Positions 38,459 through 52,232 of a stretch of 64,000 nt of DNA are shown piece after piece. The notes beneath the pieces are model-generated. The model was not told where the DNA came from, did not search any database, and was given only the letters and a program-made list of their open reading frames with translations. Every line of letters starts with the position of its first letter. The first letter of the stretch is position 1. Location of the stretch: NCBI GenBank assembly GCA_038087875.1, contig CM075991.1:14200001-14264000 (forward strand), in the 5' to 3' direction. A program made the translations under genes and the position numbers. The DNA comes from Malacoraja senta. Taxonomy: Eukaryota.

Positions 38459-40666
38459 TTACTCGGCGGGACAGGCAGCATTTTCTGGAGGGAAGGAATG
38501 GGTGATGTTTCGGGTCGAGACCCTTGCCCTCTCTACTAGCCCTGACCCTGTCCACTCCTCAATGCTCTCTTTGCTCCAAGTCTCCAGTCTAACTTCGACG
38601 CAGATTCGAAGCCGAGGATGAATTCCGGAATTCCAGGATCGGGGAATCCTGGATGAGGCGATGTCATCTCGGAATTGGAGCCAGGTTTTCCAGAGCAAAG
38701 TTGGGAAACACATGTAAAATATGTATCTTGCAGCAAAACTGGAGTGGGAAGCGAAGGGTCACAGTCTCTCTTGAAAATGCATCGCTCCCTCTATATTGGG
38801 TTGGACTAAACGATGTGTGGATTAAAAATAGCCAACTATCGGCACCTTAGTGGCATGTGCAAGGCCCACCATGATGTGGGCAATGTTGGTGGAGTTGAGC
38901 AGAGAGCTCTGAGTTACTGCCTTGTGGCCTGTGTATAAAATCATGAGGGGAATAGATAGGGTGAATGCATGGTGGTGTGTGTATGGAACAAACTGCCAGA
39001 GGAGTTGTTTTTAGAGATACAGGAATGGAAACAGGCCCTTCGGCCAACCATGTCCACACCGACCAGCGTTCCCCATTACACTAGCACACACTATACACTA
39101 AGGACAACTGTACTGAGCCAATTAACCGACAAACCTGAACGTCTTTGTGGAGTGTGGGAGGAAACTGGAGCACCAGGAGACAACCCACGCAGGTCACGGG
39201 GTACAAACTCCGTACAGACAGCACCCGTAGTCAGGATCGAACCCGGGTCTCTGGCGCTGTGAGGCGGCATATCTACTGCTTAGGTAGTTGAGGCAGGTAC
39301 TTAACAACATTTGAAAAACATTTGGACAGGTGCATGGATGGGAAAGGTCTGGAAGAAATGCGCTAAAGGTGGGACTAGTGTAGATGGGGCATCTTGGTCA
39401 GCATGGGCAAGTTGGCCGAAGGGCCTGTTTCCGTGTTGTATATCTCTGGTACGGCTTGAGGAAGTAACAGTGGATTGGAGACAGAGAGATTGATAGGGTC
39501 AGGAATGCTTGCAGTGAAGGATGGTCGATAAGTCAGAGGTCATCTGTCATCAAGGGCAAGCTTTCAAACACGTTTACAAATTAGTCATCGACGTTGGCTT
39601 AATGAGGATCGTCTTGGCCTTTTGGATCAGTCATCTTTGAACTGGTGACCGCGGTACAGATCCTTCTCCGCGGTTTGTTCAATCAAACTGAATGGTGGTG
39701 GAAGTGTTGAGTGTGTGGGAAGGAACTGCAGATGCTGCTTTCCACCGGACACTCTTCTCCTCGTGACCTGCGTGGGTTTTCTCTGGGTGATCCGGTCTCC
39801 TCCCACACTCCAAAGGCGTACAGGTTTGTTGGCTGATTGACTTTGGAAAAATTGTAAATTGTCCTGATGTGTGTAGGATAGTGTCATTGGCCGGTGATCG
39901 CTGGTGGGCGAGGTCTCGGTGGGCCGAAGGGCCTGTTTCCACTCTAGACGAAAACTAAACTAAACATGCGGAGGAAGGAACTGCAGATGCTGGTTTACAC
40001 CGAAGATAGACACACAAAAAGCTGGAGAAAGCCCACGCAGGTCACGGGGAGAACGTACAAACTCCGCACAGACAGCACCCGTAGTCAGGATTGAACCTGG
40101 GTCTCTGGCGCTGTGAGGCAGCAACTCTACCGCTGCGCCACTGTGCGCCAACTCCACAGTGAGGCGTCCCCTCAGTGCCACTCCTCTGCCCATCTGAAAG
40201 CCTCCTAGACGCACCTATCATATCTGCCTCCCACCCCCCCCCCCCCCCCCCCCCCTCCGTACCACGACAGTGCGTTCCAGGCTGCCACCATCCAAATGCT
40301 TGCCCACACTGATCCTCTGTAAACTCTGCCCCTCTTGCTTTGAAGGATGAATTCCAGAATTCCAGGATCGGGGAATCCTGGATGAGGCGATGTCATCTTA
40401 GAATTGGAGCCAGGTTTTCCAGAGCAAAGTTGGGGGGGGGGGGTGGGGGGCAAGAGCTGTGCGCTGGAGGAGAGACCACTGTGGAGGCGTAGCGAGGCTC
40501 CAGTGGGAGGGGGCGGGTGGGGGGAAGGAGTCATCGCTTCAGTCCTCTCGCCAGTTGGAACCTGATGGCGGACAAACAAACCTGTGGCGCTGCGGAGAGT
40601 GGCTGAGGTGTGCTGGAAGGAATGCAGTAAATACTACAATCATCCCTGCCAGTTAGTAGCTCCGGC

Positions 40667-40703
<37 letters not shown>

Positions 40704-41793
40704 AGGCTCGCTGTCTCCACCAGCTAGCTGCGCTCAATCCCTGCCCCAAATATGTCGAGCGGGTGAGGAGCGCGGTTTGGGAATGGGCCGAGGTTGGAGG
40801 AGCGGGTGGGCCGAGACTCACTCAGCGGGAGAACGCCGCACCCCCCACCCCTGCCACGTCCAGCCTTCTGTGCTGGGAGACACTTGGTCCACTGATGCTT
40901 TAGTTATCAGTATCAGTATTTAGTTATTAGTAAAACTAAGCAGAGTGATCGTCGCACTAAGGTGATTATTGTGTTGGGAGGTTGTGAGGACCAGCCTCCA
41001 GCATCTCGGAAGTGGACAGTAGCTCTACATCTGGCTGAAGGGCCTTTTAGTTTGGTTTATCATTGTCACCTTCCAGCACGATACAGTGTAAAGCTTTGCC
41101 TGCTATTCCGTCAAAGAAAGGTCGGGCCATCCACAGTTTAACCCTTTGTTATTCATAAGACGTGGGAGCGGAATTATACCATTCGGCCCATCGAATCTAC
41201 TCCGCGATCCAATCATGGATGATCTATTTCTCCTTCTCGACCCCACTCTCCTGCCTTCTCCCCGTAACCCCTGACAACCGCACTAATCAAGAATCTGTCA
41301 ATCTCTGCTTTAAAAAATACCCACTGATCTATCGTTCCCTCCTAACCCGACTACGGGTGCTGTCTGTACGGAGTTTGTACGTTCTCCCTTTGAGCTACGT
41401 GGGTTTTCTCCGGGTGCTCCGGTTTCCTCCCACACTCCCAAGACGTGCAGGTTTGCAGTAAATGGCTTCTGTAAATGTTCGCTCGTGTGTGGGATGTGAA
41501 AGTGGGATAACATCGAACTAGTGTTCGGGAGATTGATGGTCAGCATGGACTCGCTGGGCCGAAGGGCCTGTTTCCACACTGTATCACGAGACAAAAAATC
41601 TAACCTAAAGTTACGGAGAAGTGAGAATGAACCTTTCCACAACTTAGGCCCAAGCTGTGTGTCTTGGTATCTATATGTTAGGTGGTGGGCATATGGAACG
41701 GGTTGCTGGAGGAGGTAGTTGAGGCAGGTGTTCAAAACACACTTGTACAGGTACATGGATAGGAAAGGTTCAGAGGGATATGGGCCAAATGTC

Positions 41794-42110
41794 GGCACGG
41801 CGGCGCAGCAGTAGAGTCGCTGCCTTACAGCGCTTGTAGCGTGGAGACCCAGGTTCGATCCCGACTATGGGTGCTGTCTGTACGGAGTTTGCACGTTCTC
41901 CCTGTTACCTGCGTGGGCTTTCTCCGAGATTGTCCGTTTCCTCCCACACTCCAAAGAGGTGCAGGTTTGTAGGTTAATTGGTTTGGTATAAGTGTAAATA
42001 TTGTCCCTAGTGTGTGTAGGATAGTGTTAGTGTGCGGGGATCGCTGGTCGGCGCGGACACGGTGGGCAGAAGGGCCTGTTTCCGCGCTGTATCTCTAAAC
42101 GAAACTAAAC
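41794..42110 (+). mobile_element. Full-length HE1-like V-SINE inserted in a CR1 tail
   Basis: A/B boxes, V-domain and tail. Confidence 0.88.
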
Positions 42111-42899
42111 AGAAAAACAGCTGGAACTAGTGTAGATGGGGCGTCTTGGTCAGCATAGATGAGGTGGGCAGAACGGTCTGTTTCTGTGCAGGAAGGAACT
42201 GCAGATGCTGGTTTATGCCGAAGATAGACACAAAATGCTGGAGTAACTCAACGGGAAGGTAGCATCTTTGAAGAACGGTGACGTTTTGGGTCTGAAGAAG
42301 GTTCCGACCTGAAACATTACCTATTCCTTTTCTCCACAGATGCTGCCTGACCCGCAGAGTTACTCCAACACTTTGGGTCTGTTTCTGTGCAATGTGATTC
42401 TATGAATGGCCTCCTCTGTCGTATAAAACACACATTAACAGATAACATGCAGGATGAGGCCATTCGTGCCGTCATTCCTGCGCTGCCCCTTCAGGAGGTT
42501 TGCCCAGCCCTAACATTCCTGATGCAGTCCTGGGGTGATAGTGACTTAGGGAGGGCGCAGCGGGTAGAGCTGCTGCCTCGCAGCACCTAGAGCTGCTGCC
42601 TCGCAGCACCAGAGACCTGGGTTCGATCCTGACCTCGGGTGCTGCCTGTGAGGAGTTTGCACGTTCTTTCTGTGACTCCATGGGTTTTCTCTGGGTGTTC
42701 CGGTTTCCTCCCACATCCTAATGACGTGAGGGTTGTAGGTTCATTGGTAGCCTGTAAAATGCCCCGAGTGTGTCGGATTGGATAAGAAAGTGGGATAACA
42801 TAGTACTAGTGTGAACGGGTGGTCAGTGGTCAGCATGAACTCAGTGGGCCAAAGGGCCTGTTCCCATACTGTATCTTTCATAGTGTCATCGAGTGACAC

Positions 42900-43637
42900 A
42901 GTGTGGAAACAGGCCTTCGGCCAACTTACCCACACCGGCCAACAATGTCCCAGCTGCACCAGTCCCACCTGCCTGCGCTTGGTCCATATCCGTCCAAACA
43001 TGTCCTATCCATGTACCTGTCTAACTGTTTCTTAAACGTTGGGATAGTCCCAGCCTCAACTATCTCCTCTGGCAGCTCGTTCCATACACCCACCACCCCT
43101 CAGATTCCTATTAAATCTTTTCCCCTTCACCTTGAACCTATGTCCTCTGCTCCTCGATTCCCCTACTCTGGTTGAGAGACTCTGAGTATCTACCCGATTT
43201 ATTCCTCTCATGACTTTGTACACCTCTATAAGATCACCCCTCATCCTCCTGCCCTCCAAGGAATAGACACCCAGCCTACTCAACCTCTCCCTATAGCTCA
43301 CACCCTCCAGTCCTGGCAACATCCTCGTAAATCTTTTCTGAACCCTTTCAAGCTTGACAATATCTTTCCTATAACATGGTGCCCAGAACGGAACACAATA
43401 CTCTAATCGTGGTCTTGCCAACGTCTTATACAACTGCAACATGACCTCCCAACTTCTATACTCAATACTCTGACTGACGAAGGCCTAAGTGCCAAAGGCC
43501 TTTTTGACCACCTCATCTACCTGCGACTCGGCCTTCAAGGAACCATGCACCTGTACTCCTAGATCCCTCTGCTCTACCACAATCCCCAGAGGCCTACCAT
43601 TTACTGTGTAGGTCCTGCCCTTGTTAGACGTCCTCAC
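42900..43637 (-). mobile_element. CR1/HER1-type LINE 3' fragment
   Basis: MLQLYKTLARPRLEYCVPFWAPCYRKDIVKLERVQKRFTRMLPG. Confidence 0.9.
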
Positions 43638-43901
43638 TATTGCAATCCAATGAATCATTCTGAAGAAGGCAGCATCTCTGGAGAACATGGATAGGTGACA
43701 TTTTGGGTCTGATTTAAAGACGGGGTCCCAACTTGGAACGCCGTCTGTCCCTGTCCCCCAGTCGTGCTGCCTGTACTGATGAGTTACTCCGGCACTTTGT
43801 GCCTTTTGTTTGTAAAGCAGCATCTGCAGTTCCTCGTGTCCCCCGGCCTGGGATGTGGTGAGTGAGGGTGGGCGGCCCCTGTAAGCTGCCTGAGGCGGGC
43901 T

Positions 43902-44101
43902 NNNNNNNNNNNNNNNNNNNNNNNNNNNNNNNNNNNNNNNNNNNNNNNNNNNNNNNNNNNNNNNNNNNNNNNNNNNNNNNNNNNNNNNNNNNNNNNNNNN
44001 NNNNNNNNNNNNNNNNNNNNNNNNNNNNNNNNNNNNNNNNNNNNNNNNNNNNNNNNNNNNNNNNNNNNNNNNNNNNNNNNNNNNNNNNNNNNNNNNNNNN
44101 N
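43902..44101. other. Assembly gap (200 N), probably hiding the FGFR1 extracellular/TM/juxtamembrane exons
   Basis: Run of 200 N. The hidden content is inferred from the missing exons. Confidence 0.95.
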
Positions 44102-45064
44102 CCAAGTCAGTGGATATCCAGGGATGCTGCTTGACCAGCTGAGTAACTCCAGCACTTTGAGTCTAACTTTAGATGTATTGGCTTTGGATTTGCAGAAAAC
44201 ATTTGACATGGTGTCTCATTAAAAAAGCTGGTGCGGAAGATAAAAGCACGCGATACTGGGTGGGGGTGGGAAAAAGATGTTAGCATTTGAAGATTGACTA
44301 ATGTACGGAAGGCAGAGTGTCGGAATAAATGTGTGTTTGTCGGGCTGGAAGGATGTAATTAGTGGAATGCCACAGAGATTAGACCCTCAATCTCTGTTTT
44401 ATTTACTATTTATAATAAGGACGTGATGGGGAGGGCAGATTGCAGCCGTCTCCAAGTTAGCCGATGACACAAGACTACGTGGGAGGGAGGGCTTGTTGCT
44501 ATGAGGATATTTGGCCTGTGCTGCAGGATGTAAATACATTGAATTGAGTGGGTGAGAATTTGGCAAACAAGAGTTTAATGTAGGAAAGTGTGAGGTCAGT
44601 CACAACAAGCTGGAGTCACTCAGCGGGACAGGCAGCATCTCCGGAGAGAAGGAATAGGTGACGTTTCAGGTCAAGGCCTTTCTACAGACCCAAAGAAGTG
44701 TGAAGATGGGTCTCAACCTGAAACGTCACCCATTCCTTCTCTCCAGAGATACTGCTTGACCCGCTGAGTTACTCCAGCCTTTTGTGTTTTAAACCAGCAT
44801 CTGCAGTTAGAAACATAGAAAAATAGGTGCAGGAGTAGGCCATTCGGCCCTTCGAGGCTGATCATCTAAAATCAGTACCCCATTCCTGCTTTTTCCCCCT
44901 ATCCCTTGATTCCGTTAGCCCTAAGAGCTAAATCTAACTCTCTCTTGAAAACAAAATGTGAGATCAGGCATTTCAGTCAGGAGAATCCAAAGACAGGCTA
45001 TATGTGTTTAGGTTTAGGTTTATTATAGGCATGTGCGCTCAGGACAGTGAAAAGCTTTGTTTTA

Positions 45065-46390
45065 TAAACATAGAAACATAAAAAATAGATGCAAGAGGAG
45101 GCCATTCGGCCCTTCGAGCCAGCACCGCCATTCATTGTGATCATGGCGGATCGTCCCCAATCAATAACCCGTGCCTGCCTTCTCCCCATATCCCTTGACT
45201 CCACTAGCCCCTAGAGCTCTATCTAACTCTCTCTTAAATCCATCCAGTGATTTGGCCTCCACTGCCCTCTGTGGCAGGGAATTCCATAAATTCACAACTC
45301 TCTGGGTGAAAAAGTTTTTTCTCACCTCAGCCTTAAATGGCCTCTCATTTATTCTAAGACTGTGGCCCCTGGTTCAGGAGTCGCCCAACATTGGGAACAT
45401 TTTTCCTGCATCTAGCTTGTCCAGTCCTTTTATAATTTTATATGTTTCTATAAGATCCCCCTCATCCTTCTAAACTCCAGTGAATACAAGCCTAGTCTTT
45501 TCAATCTTTCCTCATATGACAGTCCTGCCATCCCAGGGATCAATCTCGTGAACCTACGCTGCACTGCCTCAATCACAAGGATGTCCTTCCTCAAATTAGG
45601 AGACCAAAACTCTCCACAATACTCCAGATGTGGTCTTACCAGAGCCCTTTAAATACTATCCAGTCATATTGTGTGTGGGCCTGTACTCGCTGGAGTTTAG
45701 AAGGATGAGGGGGGACCTCATTGAAACTTACAAAATAATGAAAGGCTTGGATAGAGTGGATGTGGAAAAGATGTTTCCACTAGTGGGAGAGTCTAGGACC
45801 AGAGGCCATACGCTCAGAATTAAAGGGCGTAACTTTAGATTGGAGATGAGGAGGAATTTCCTCTTTCAGTGGGTGGTGAATCTGTGGGAGGCCGCCTCAG
45901 AATTAAAGGACGTTCTTTTAGGAATGCTAAATTTCTTTAGCCAGAGGGCAGTGAATCTGTGGAATTCTTTGCCACAGAAGGCTCTGGAGGGCAAGTCAGT
46001 GGATATATTTAAGGCAGATAAATAGATTCTTGATTATAGACAATAGACAGGTGTAGGAGTAGGCCATTTGGCCCTTCGAGCCATTCAATATGATCATGGC
46101 TGATCATCCCCAATCAGTTGCTGCCTTCTCCCCATATCCCCTGACTCCGCTATTTTTAAGAGCCCTATCCAGCTCTCACTTGAAAGCATCCAGAGAACCT
46201 GCCTCCACCGCCTTCTGAGGCAGAGAATTCCACAGACTCACCACTCTCTGTGAGAAATGTTAGTACGGGTGTCAGAGGTTATGGGGAGAAGGCAGAAGAG
46301 TGGGGTTAGGAGGGAGAGTTAGATCAGCCATGATTGAATGGCAGAGTAGACTTGATGGGCCGAATGGCCTAATTATACTCCTATCTCATG
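45065..46390. mobile_element. Cluster of oppositely oriented CR1 3' fragments just upstream of the first kinase exon
   Basis: Minus copy at 45065-45645; plus copy at about 45677-46390 interrupted by a minus tail at about 46038-46258. Confidence 0.85.
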
Positions 46391-46467
46391 ATCTAAGTAC
46401 TGTGTCAGATATTCAGCGCCCTGCCCTAACCAAGTGTGTGTTCTTGTCTCCCCCCCCCCCCCTACAG

Positions 46468-46589
46468 ACTGACCCTGGGGAAGCCTCTGGGCGAGGGGTG
46501 CTTTGGACAAGTGGTGATGGGAGAAACCATGGGCCTGGACAAGGAGAAGCCCAGCAGGCCGGTCACTGTGGCCGTCAAGATGCTGAAAG
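46468..46589 (+). CDS. FGFR1: FGFR1 kinase exon, Gly-rich loop to VAVK lysine: (R)[40 protein letters not shown]
   Basis: cctacag| acceptor and AAAG|GTGAGA donor; 122 nt; GxGxxG and VAVK motifs of FGFR kinases. Confidence 0.97.
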
Positions 46590-46675
46590 GTGAGACACTT
46601 CACAGCCGCGACGTACAGAGCCAGCCGGGGGATCCAAGTCCACAGCTCCCATCAAACGTGGCCACACTGGTCCAG

Positions 46676-46965
46676 CTGCCCCACTGTACGAGGCAATTCA
46701 AGAGTCCTCCCGAGTTTCCCACTGATTCGAGCTCGGAGAATGCCCGTAGCGGGTCCGTAGGAGTTCGTGGATGTCTCGTACGAGTAACGGTAGGTACTCG
46801 GGAAATCCGGTAAACCCGTGGCGTTTTTTCAACACTGAAAAATGTCCCCGAGTAAAAAAACTACTCGTGATGAAAAAAACGACCCGCTACGGACATTCTC
46901 CGAGTTCGAATCAGGGGAAAACTCGGGAGGACTCTTGAATTGCCTCGTACAGTGGGACAGGCCCT
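46676..46965. mobile_element. PIF/Harbinger-type MITE
   Basis: Inverted arms CCCACTGTACGAGGCAATTCAAGAGTCCTCCCGAG / CTCGGGAGGACTCTTGAATTGCCTCGTACAGTGGGACAGGCCCT followed by TAA. Confidence 0.8.
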
Positions 46966-47287
46966 TAACAGCGCCAGAGACCCGCTTCCATCCTGAGTAC
47001 AGGAGCTGGAGTAACTCAGCGGGACAGGAGAACATGGATAGGTGACGCTTTCTTCACACTGATCTGCCTGAAGAAGGGTCTGTCGTCAATCTAAAGGATG
47101 GTGTCGCCCCGAAACGTCCCCTATCCATGTTCCCCAGAGATGCTGCCTGACCCGCTGAGTTACTCCAGCACTCTGTGTGCTTGGCAATAACTGGTGGTCT
47201 TTCTCGGAGCAGGCGGTGAGTTGGGAGGGTGAGCGGTAGGGAATGCTGTTGGAATCTCCAGCATGCTCCCGACCAGTGCCGGTTTAA

Positions 47288-48595
<1,308 letters not shown>

Positions 48596-49502
48596 TGATG
48601 GCTCCGTGAGTCATTGTTTTTCAAGGCCCTCCCATCCCACCTGCTATTTCAGTGAGGCTGATTTCAGCCTGGGGGAACAGGGACTTTGTGTTGCATGCTA
48701 AACCAGTCAGCAGAAAGACTTTATGTGTGATTGCAATCCAGCCCGTCCACAGTGTACAGATACAGGATACAAGGGCAGTGGAAGCGGAGTCTTTCCATAC
48801 TTTTAAGAGCCGTCGGAGATGGAAGTGTGAGCGAGGGGTTACTAGCAGTTCTGGTGGAGCAGCAGAGTGGAGGTTGCAGACACACCACATAAGGCTGTGG
48901 AGGCCAAGTCAGTGGGTATTTTTAAGGCAGAGACAGATAGATTCTTGATTAGTACGGGTGTCAGAGGTTATGGGGAGAAGGCAGGACAATGGGGTTAGGA
49001 GGGAGAGATAGATCAGCCGTGATTGAATGGCGGAGTAGACTTGATGGGCTGAATGGCCTAATTCTGCTCCTATCACTTATGACCTTATGACAAACCACGA
49101 CCGTACTGAGTGACAAAGCAGGCCAGAGGTGGAGTTCTCTCCCTTCCATTGACACCATCCACACCTCACGCTGCCTCTGAAAGGCCAGCAGCATCATCAA
49201 TGACCAGTCTCACCTCTTCTCCCCTCTCCCATCAGGCAAGGGGGACAGAAGTGAGAAAACGCACACCTCCAGATTCAGGGATAGTTTCTTCCCAGTTGTT
49301 ATCAGGCAACAGAACCATCCTACCCCAGCCAGAGAGCAGTGCTGAACTACTATCTACCTCACTGGTGACCCTCAGGGGTAGGCCATTTAGAACAGAGACG
49401 AGGAAACACGTTGTTGTGAGTCTGTGGAATTCTCTGCCTCAGAGGGCGGTGGAGGCCGGTATATCTCTGGATACTTTCAAGAGAGAGCTAGATAGGGCTC
49501 TT

Positions 49503-50421
49503 AATTGAATTGAATGCTGTTTATTGTCATTCAAGCCTAGGCTTGAACGAAATATAATTCCTACAGTTTTGTTTTACATTACAAAAAAAAACACAAGACC
49601 CGCACTTAACACAGTTGACATAAACATCCATCACAGTGAGTCTCCAACACCTCCTCACTGTGATGGAAGGCAAAGTCTTATCTCATCCCTTTATTCTTCA
49701 CCTGCGGTCCAGCAGTCCAACTGCAGCGTCTAGGCGAACTGGGGCTCCGGTGTTAAAGCCCCCGGCGGACGATGGTAAGTCCCGTGGCCATTCAGCCACA
49801 CCGGGCGATGCTAGGCCCCGGCTCCACGCCCTTCAAACCCCACGGTTCAAGCAGTCCAACTGCAGCGTCTAGGCGAACTGGGGCTCCGATGTTAGAGCCC
49901 CCGGCGGGCGATGGTGAGTCCCGTCCGTGTCCTTTGAACCTCGCAATTCCAGCGGGAGAAGTTGCCGTTGCGGGAGCTCTGAAAGCCAACTCCCACCAGG
50001 GACCTGGAGCTCCCGATGTTCCTGTTCACCGGGCCCACAGCCGGAGCTTCCGAAACTCCAAAATCGGGTCGCAGCCGAGCGCCACCACAGCTCTCCCCGC
50101 TCCAAAGTCGGCCAGCTCCGTGATGTCATGTCCCCAGGCTCCGCGACTGGAGCCCTCAGGTTGGTCCCGGCCGGAGGCAGCCGCCGGCTCCACAATGTTA
50201 GGCCCAACGACATCGGAGATCCGACAGGGAAAAAGTCGGGTCCCCGTACAGGGAAGAGATTAACGGTTTCCCCCACATCCCCCCCTCCACCCCCCACATA
50301 TACACAGCTAAAAAATAATAAAAACTAAGCTCCAGACATACATTTAACAAGACAAAAAATAAAAAAAAGACGGACGACTGAAGTTGAGCCGCTGCCGTTA
50401 GGCACCGCCACTCCCACCTGC
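49503..50421 (-). mobile_element. Non-coding retroelement with Rex1/Babar-type 3' tail, inserted in a CR1 3' end
   Basis: Minus strand ends ATTTCGTT-hairpin-AATGACAATAAA plus (ATTCA)n; its ends are homologous to 61011-61868. Confidence 0.7.
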
Positions 50422-51131
50422 ATAGCGGAGTCAGGGGATATGGGGAGAAGGCAGGAACGGGGTACTGATTGGGGATGATCAGCCATGATCACATTGAATG
50501 GCGGTGCTGGCTCGAAGGGCCGAATGGCCTGCTCCTGCACCTCTTGTCTGTTGTCCTTGATCAGACTTTGCTGGCTTTACCTTGCACTAAACATTATTCC
50601 CTTCTCATATACACTGCGAATGGCTCGACTGTAATCTTTCCACTGACTGGATAGCACGCAACAAACGCTGTTCACTGTACCTTGGTACACGTGACAATAA
50701 ACTGATCTGAATTAGTTTAAGCACCATTGCGTAGGAAGGAACTGCAGGTGCTGGTGTAAATCGAAGGTAGACACAAAATGCTGGAGTAACTCAGCGGGAC
50801 AGGCAGCATCTCTGGAGAGAAGGAATGGGTGACGTTTCGGGGGGCGACCGTTCTTCAGACTGAACACCATTACCCCTGATCTATGATACGATCGAACATT
50901 ATTTATCCCAGGAGGGAAGTTGATCTGCCAGCGGTCCTAAAACACATGAAACATGAATTAGAATGAGGGGTGGAAAGGCTTGGGGGATGTGCAAGGATTG
51001 GGGGGGGGAGGGGGGAGTCAGTCTCAGTCTACCCCATGACAGAAAGGGGAGGTTGTAAAGCTTGCTAGTCACAGGGAAGAAGGGTCTGTGTGAGTGTGGT
51101 GCGTCGATTTGACTGGGATGTTCCTGTGCAG

Positions 51132-51322
51132 GTCCTCTGTACGTCATCGTTGAGTTTGCCTCCAAGGGCAACCTGCGTGAGTACCTGCGCGCCCGCCGAC
51201 CGCCTGGCATGGAATACTGCTACAACCCGACCCACATGCCCAATGAGCAGCTCTCCTTCAAAGACCTGGTGTCCTGTGCTTACCAGGTCTCCAGGGGCAT
51301 GGAGTACCTGGCCTCGAAGAAG
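51132..51322 (+). CDS. FGFR1: FGFR1 kinase exon, hinge and kinase insert: (G)[63 protein letters not shown]
   Basis: tgtgcag| acceptor and GAAG|GTAAGC donor; 191 nt. Kinase insert EYCYNP is diagnostic of FGFR1 versus FGFR2/3/4. Confidence 0.97.
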
Positions 51323-52232
51323 GTAAGCTTCTGCTCCGTACATTTAGGATACGATACGATAGAACTTTATTCATCCCAGGAGGGAAATTGGCCTGCCAAC
51401 GGTCATAAAACACAAGAAGGTACATGGCATTAAAGTGACCAGTGGAAAGGATCGGGCATGTGCAAAGATTGGGGAGGGGAGACAGTCTCAGTCTACCCCC
51501 TTCGTCAGAGGGGGAGGAGTTGTACAGTTTGATAGCCACAGGGAAGAAGGATCTCCTGTGGTGTTCTGTGCTGCATCTTGGTGGAACCAGTCTGTTGCTG
51601 AAGGTGTGACCAATGTCATGGAGGGGGTGAGCTGTATTGTCCAGGATGCTCTGCAGTTTGAGGAGCATCCTCCCCTCCAAGACCAACCTCCCGTGAATCC
51701 AACTCCAGCTCCGCCCCCAGGACGGAGTCGGCCTTCCTGATGAAGAACCATCCGTAACTCCAGCAGCACAGTCGTACAGCGGTAGAGTTGCCACCCTACA
51801 GCGCCAGAGACCCTGGTTCGATCCCATCTACAGATGCTGTCTGTACGGAGTCTATACTTTCTCCCCGTGACCACGTGGGTTTTCTCCAGGTGCTCCTGTT
51901 TCCTCCCACATTCCAAAGACATGCGGGTTTGTAGGTTACTTGGCCTTCCGTCTATTGTGAATTGTCCCTGGTGTGTAGGATAGTGCTAGTTGGTGATCGT
52001 TGGTCGGTGTGGGCTCGATGGGCTGAAGGGCCTGTTTCCACACTATATCTCAAAGTCTAAAGTCCAAACCTGTTGTTTACCCCCTGTAATTCTCCCCATC
52101 GTGTGTATATTGGACCATTGAACCACAAAGATGCCCATCTGACATGTCTACCCATAGGGTGGGCACCAGGCATTGGAGCCAACCCAAGATGGCATCTGGG
52201 ACTTCAGGCTTAGTTCTGGTTTTTGCCCAATA

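Noticed and set aside
26342..46589. Direct splicing of the signal exon to the kinase exon (ectodomain-less receptor)
   Set aside because: A phase-1 donor joined to a phase-2 acceptor gives a frameshift; the assembly gap is a simpler explanation.
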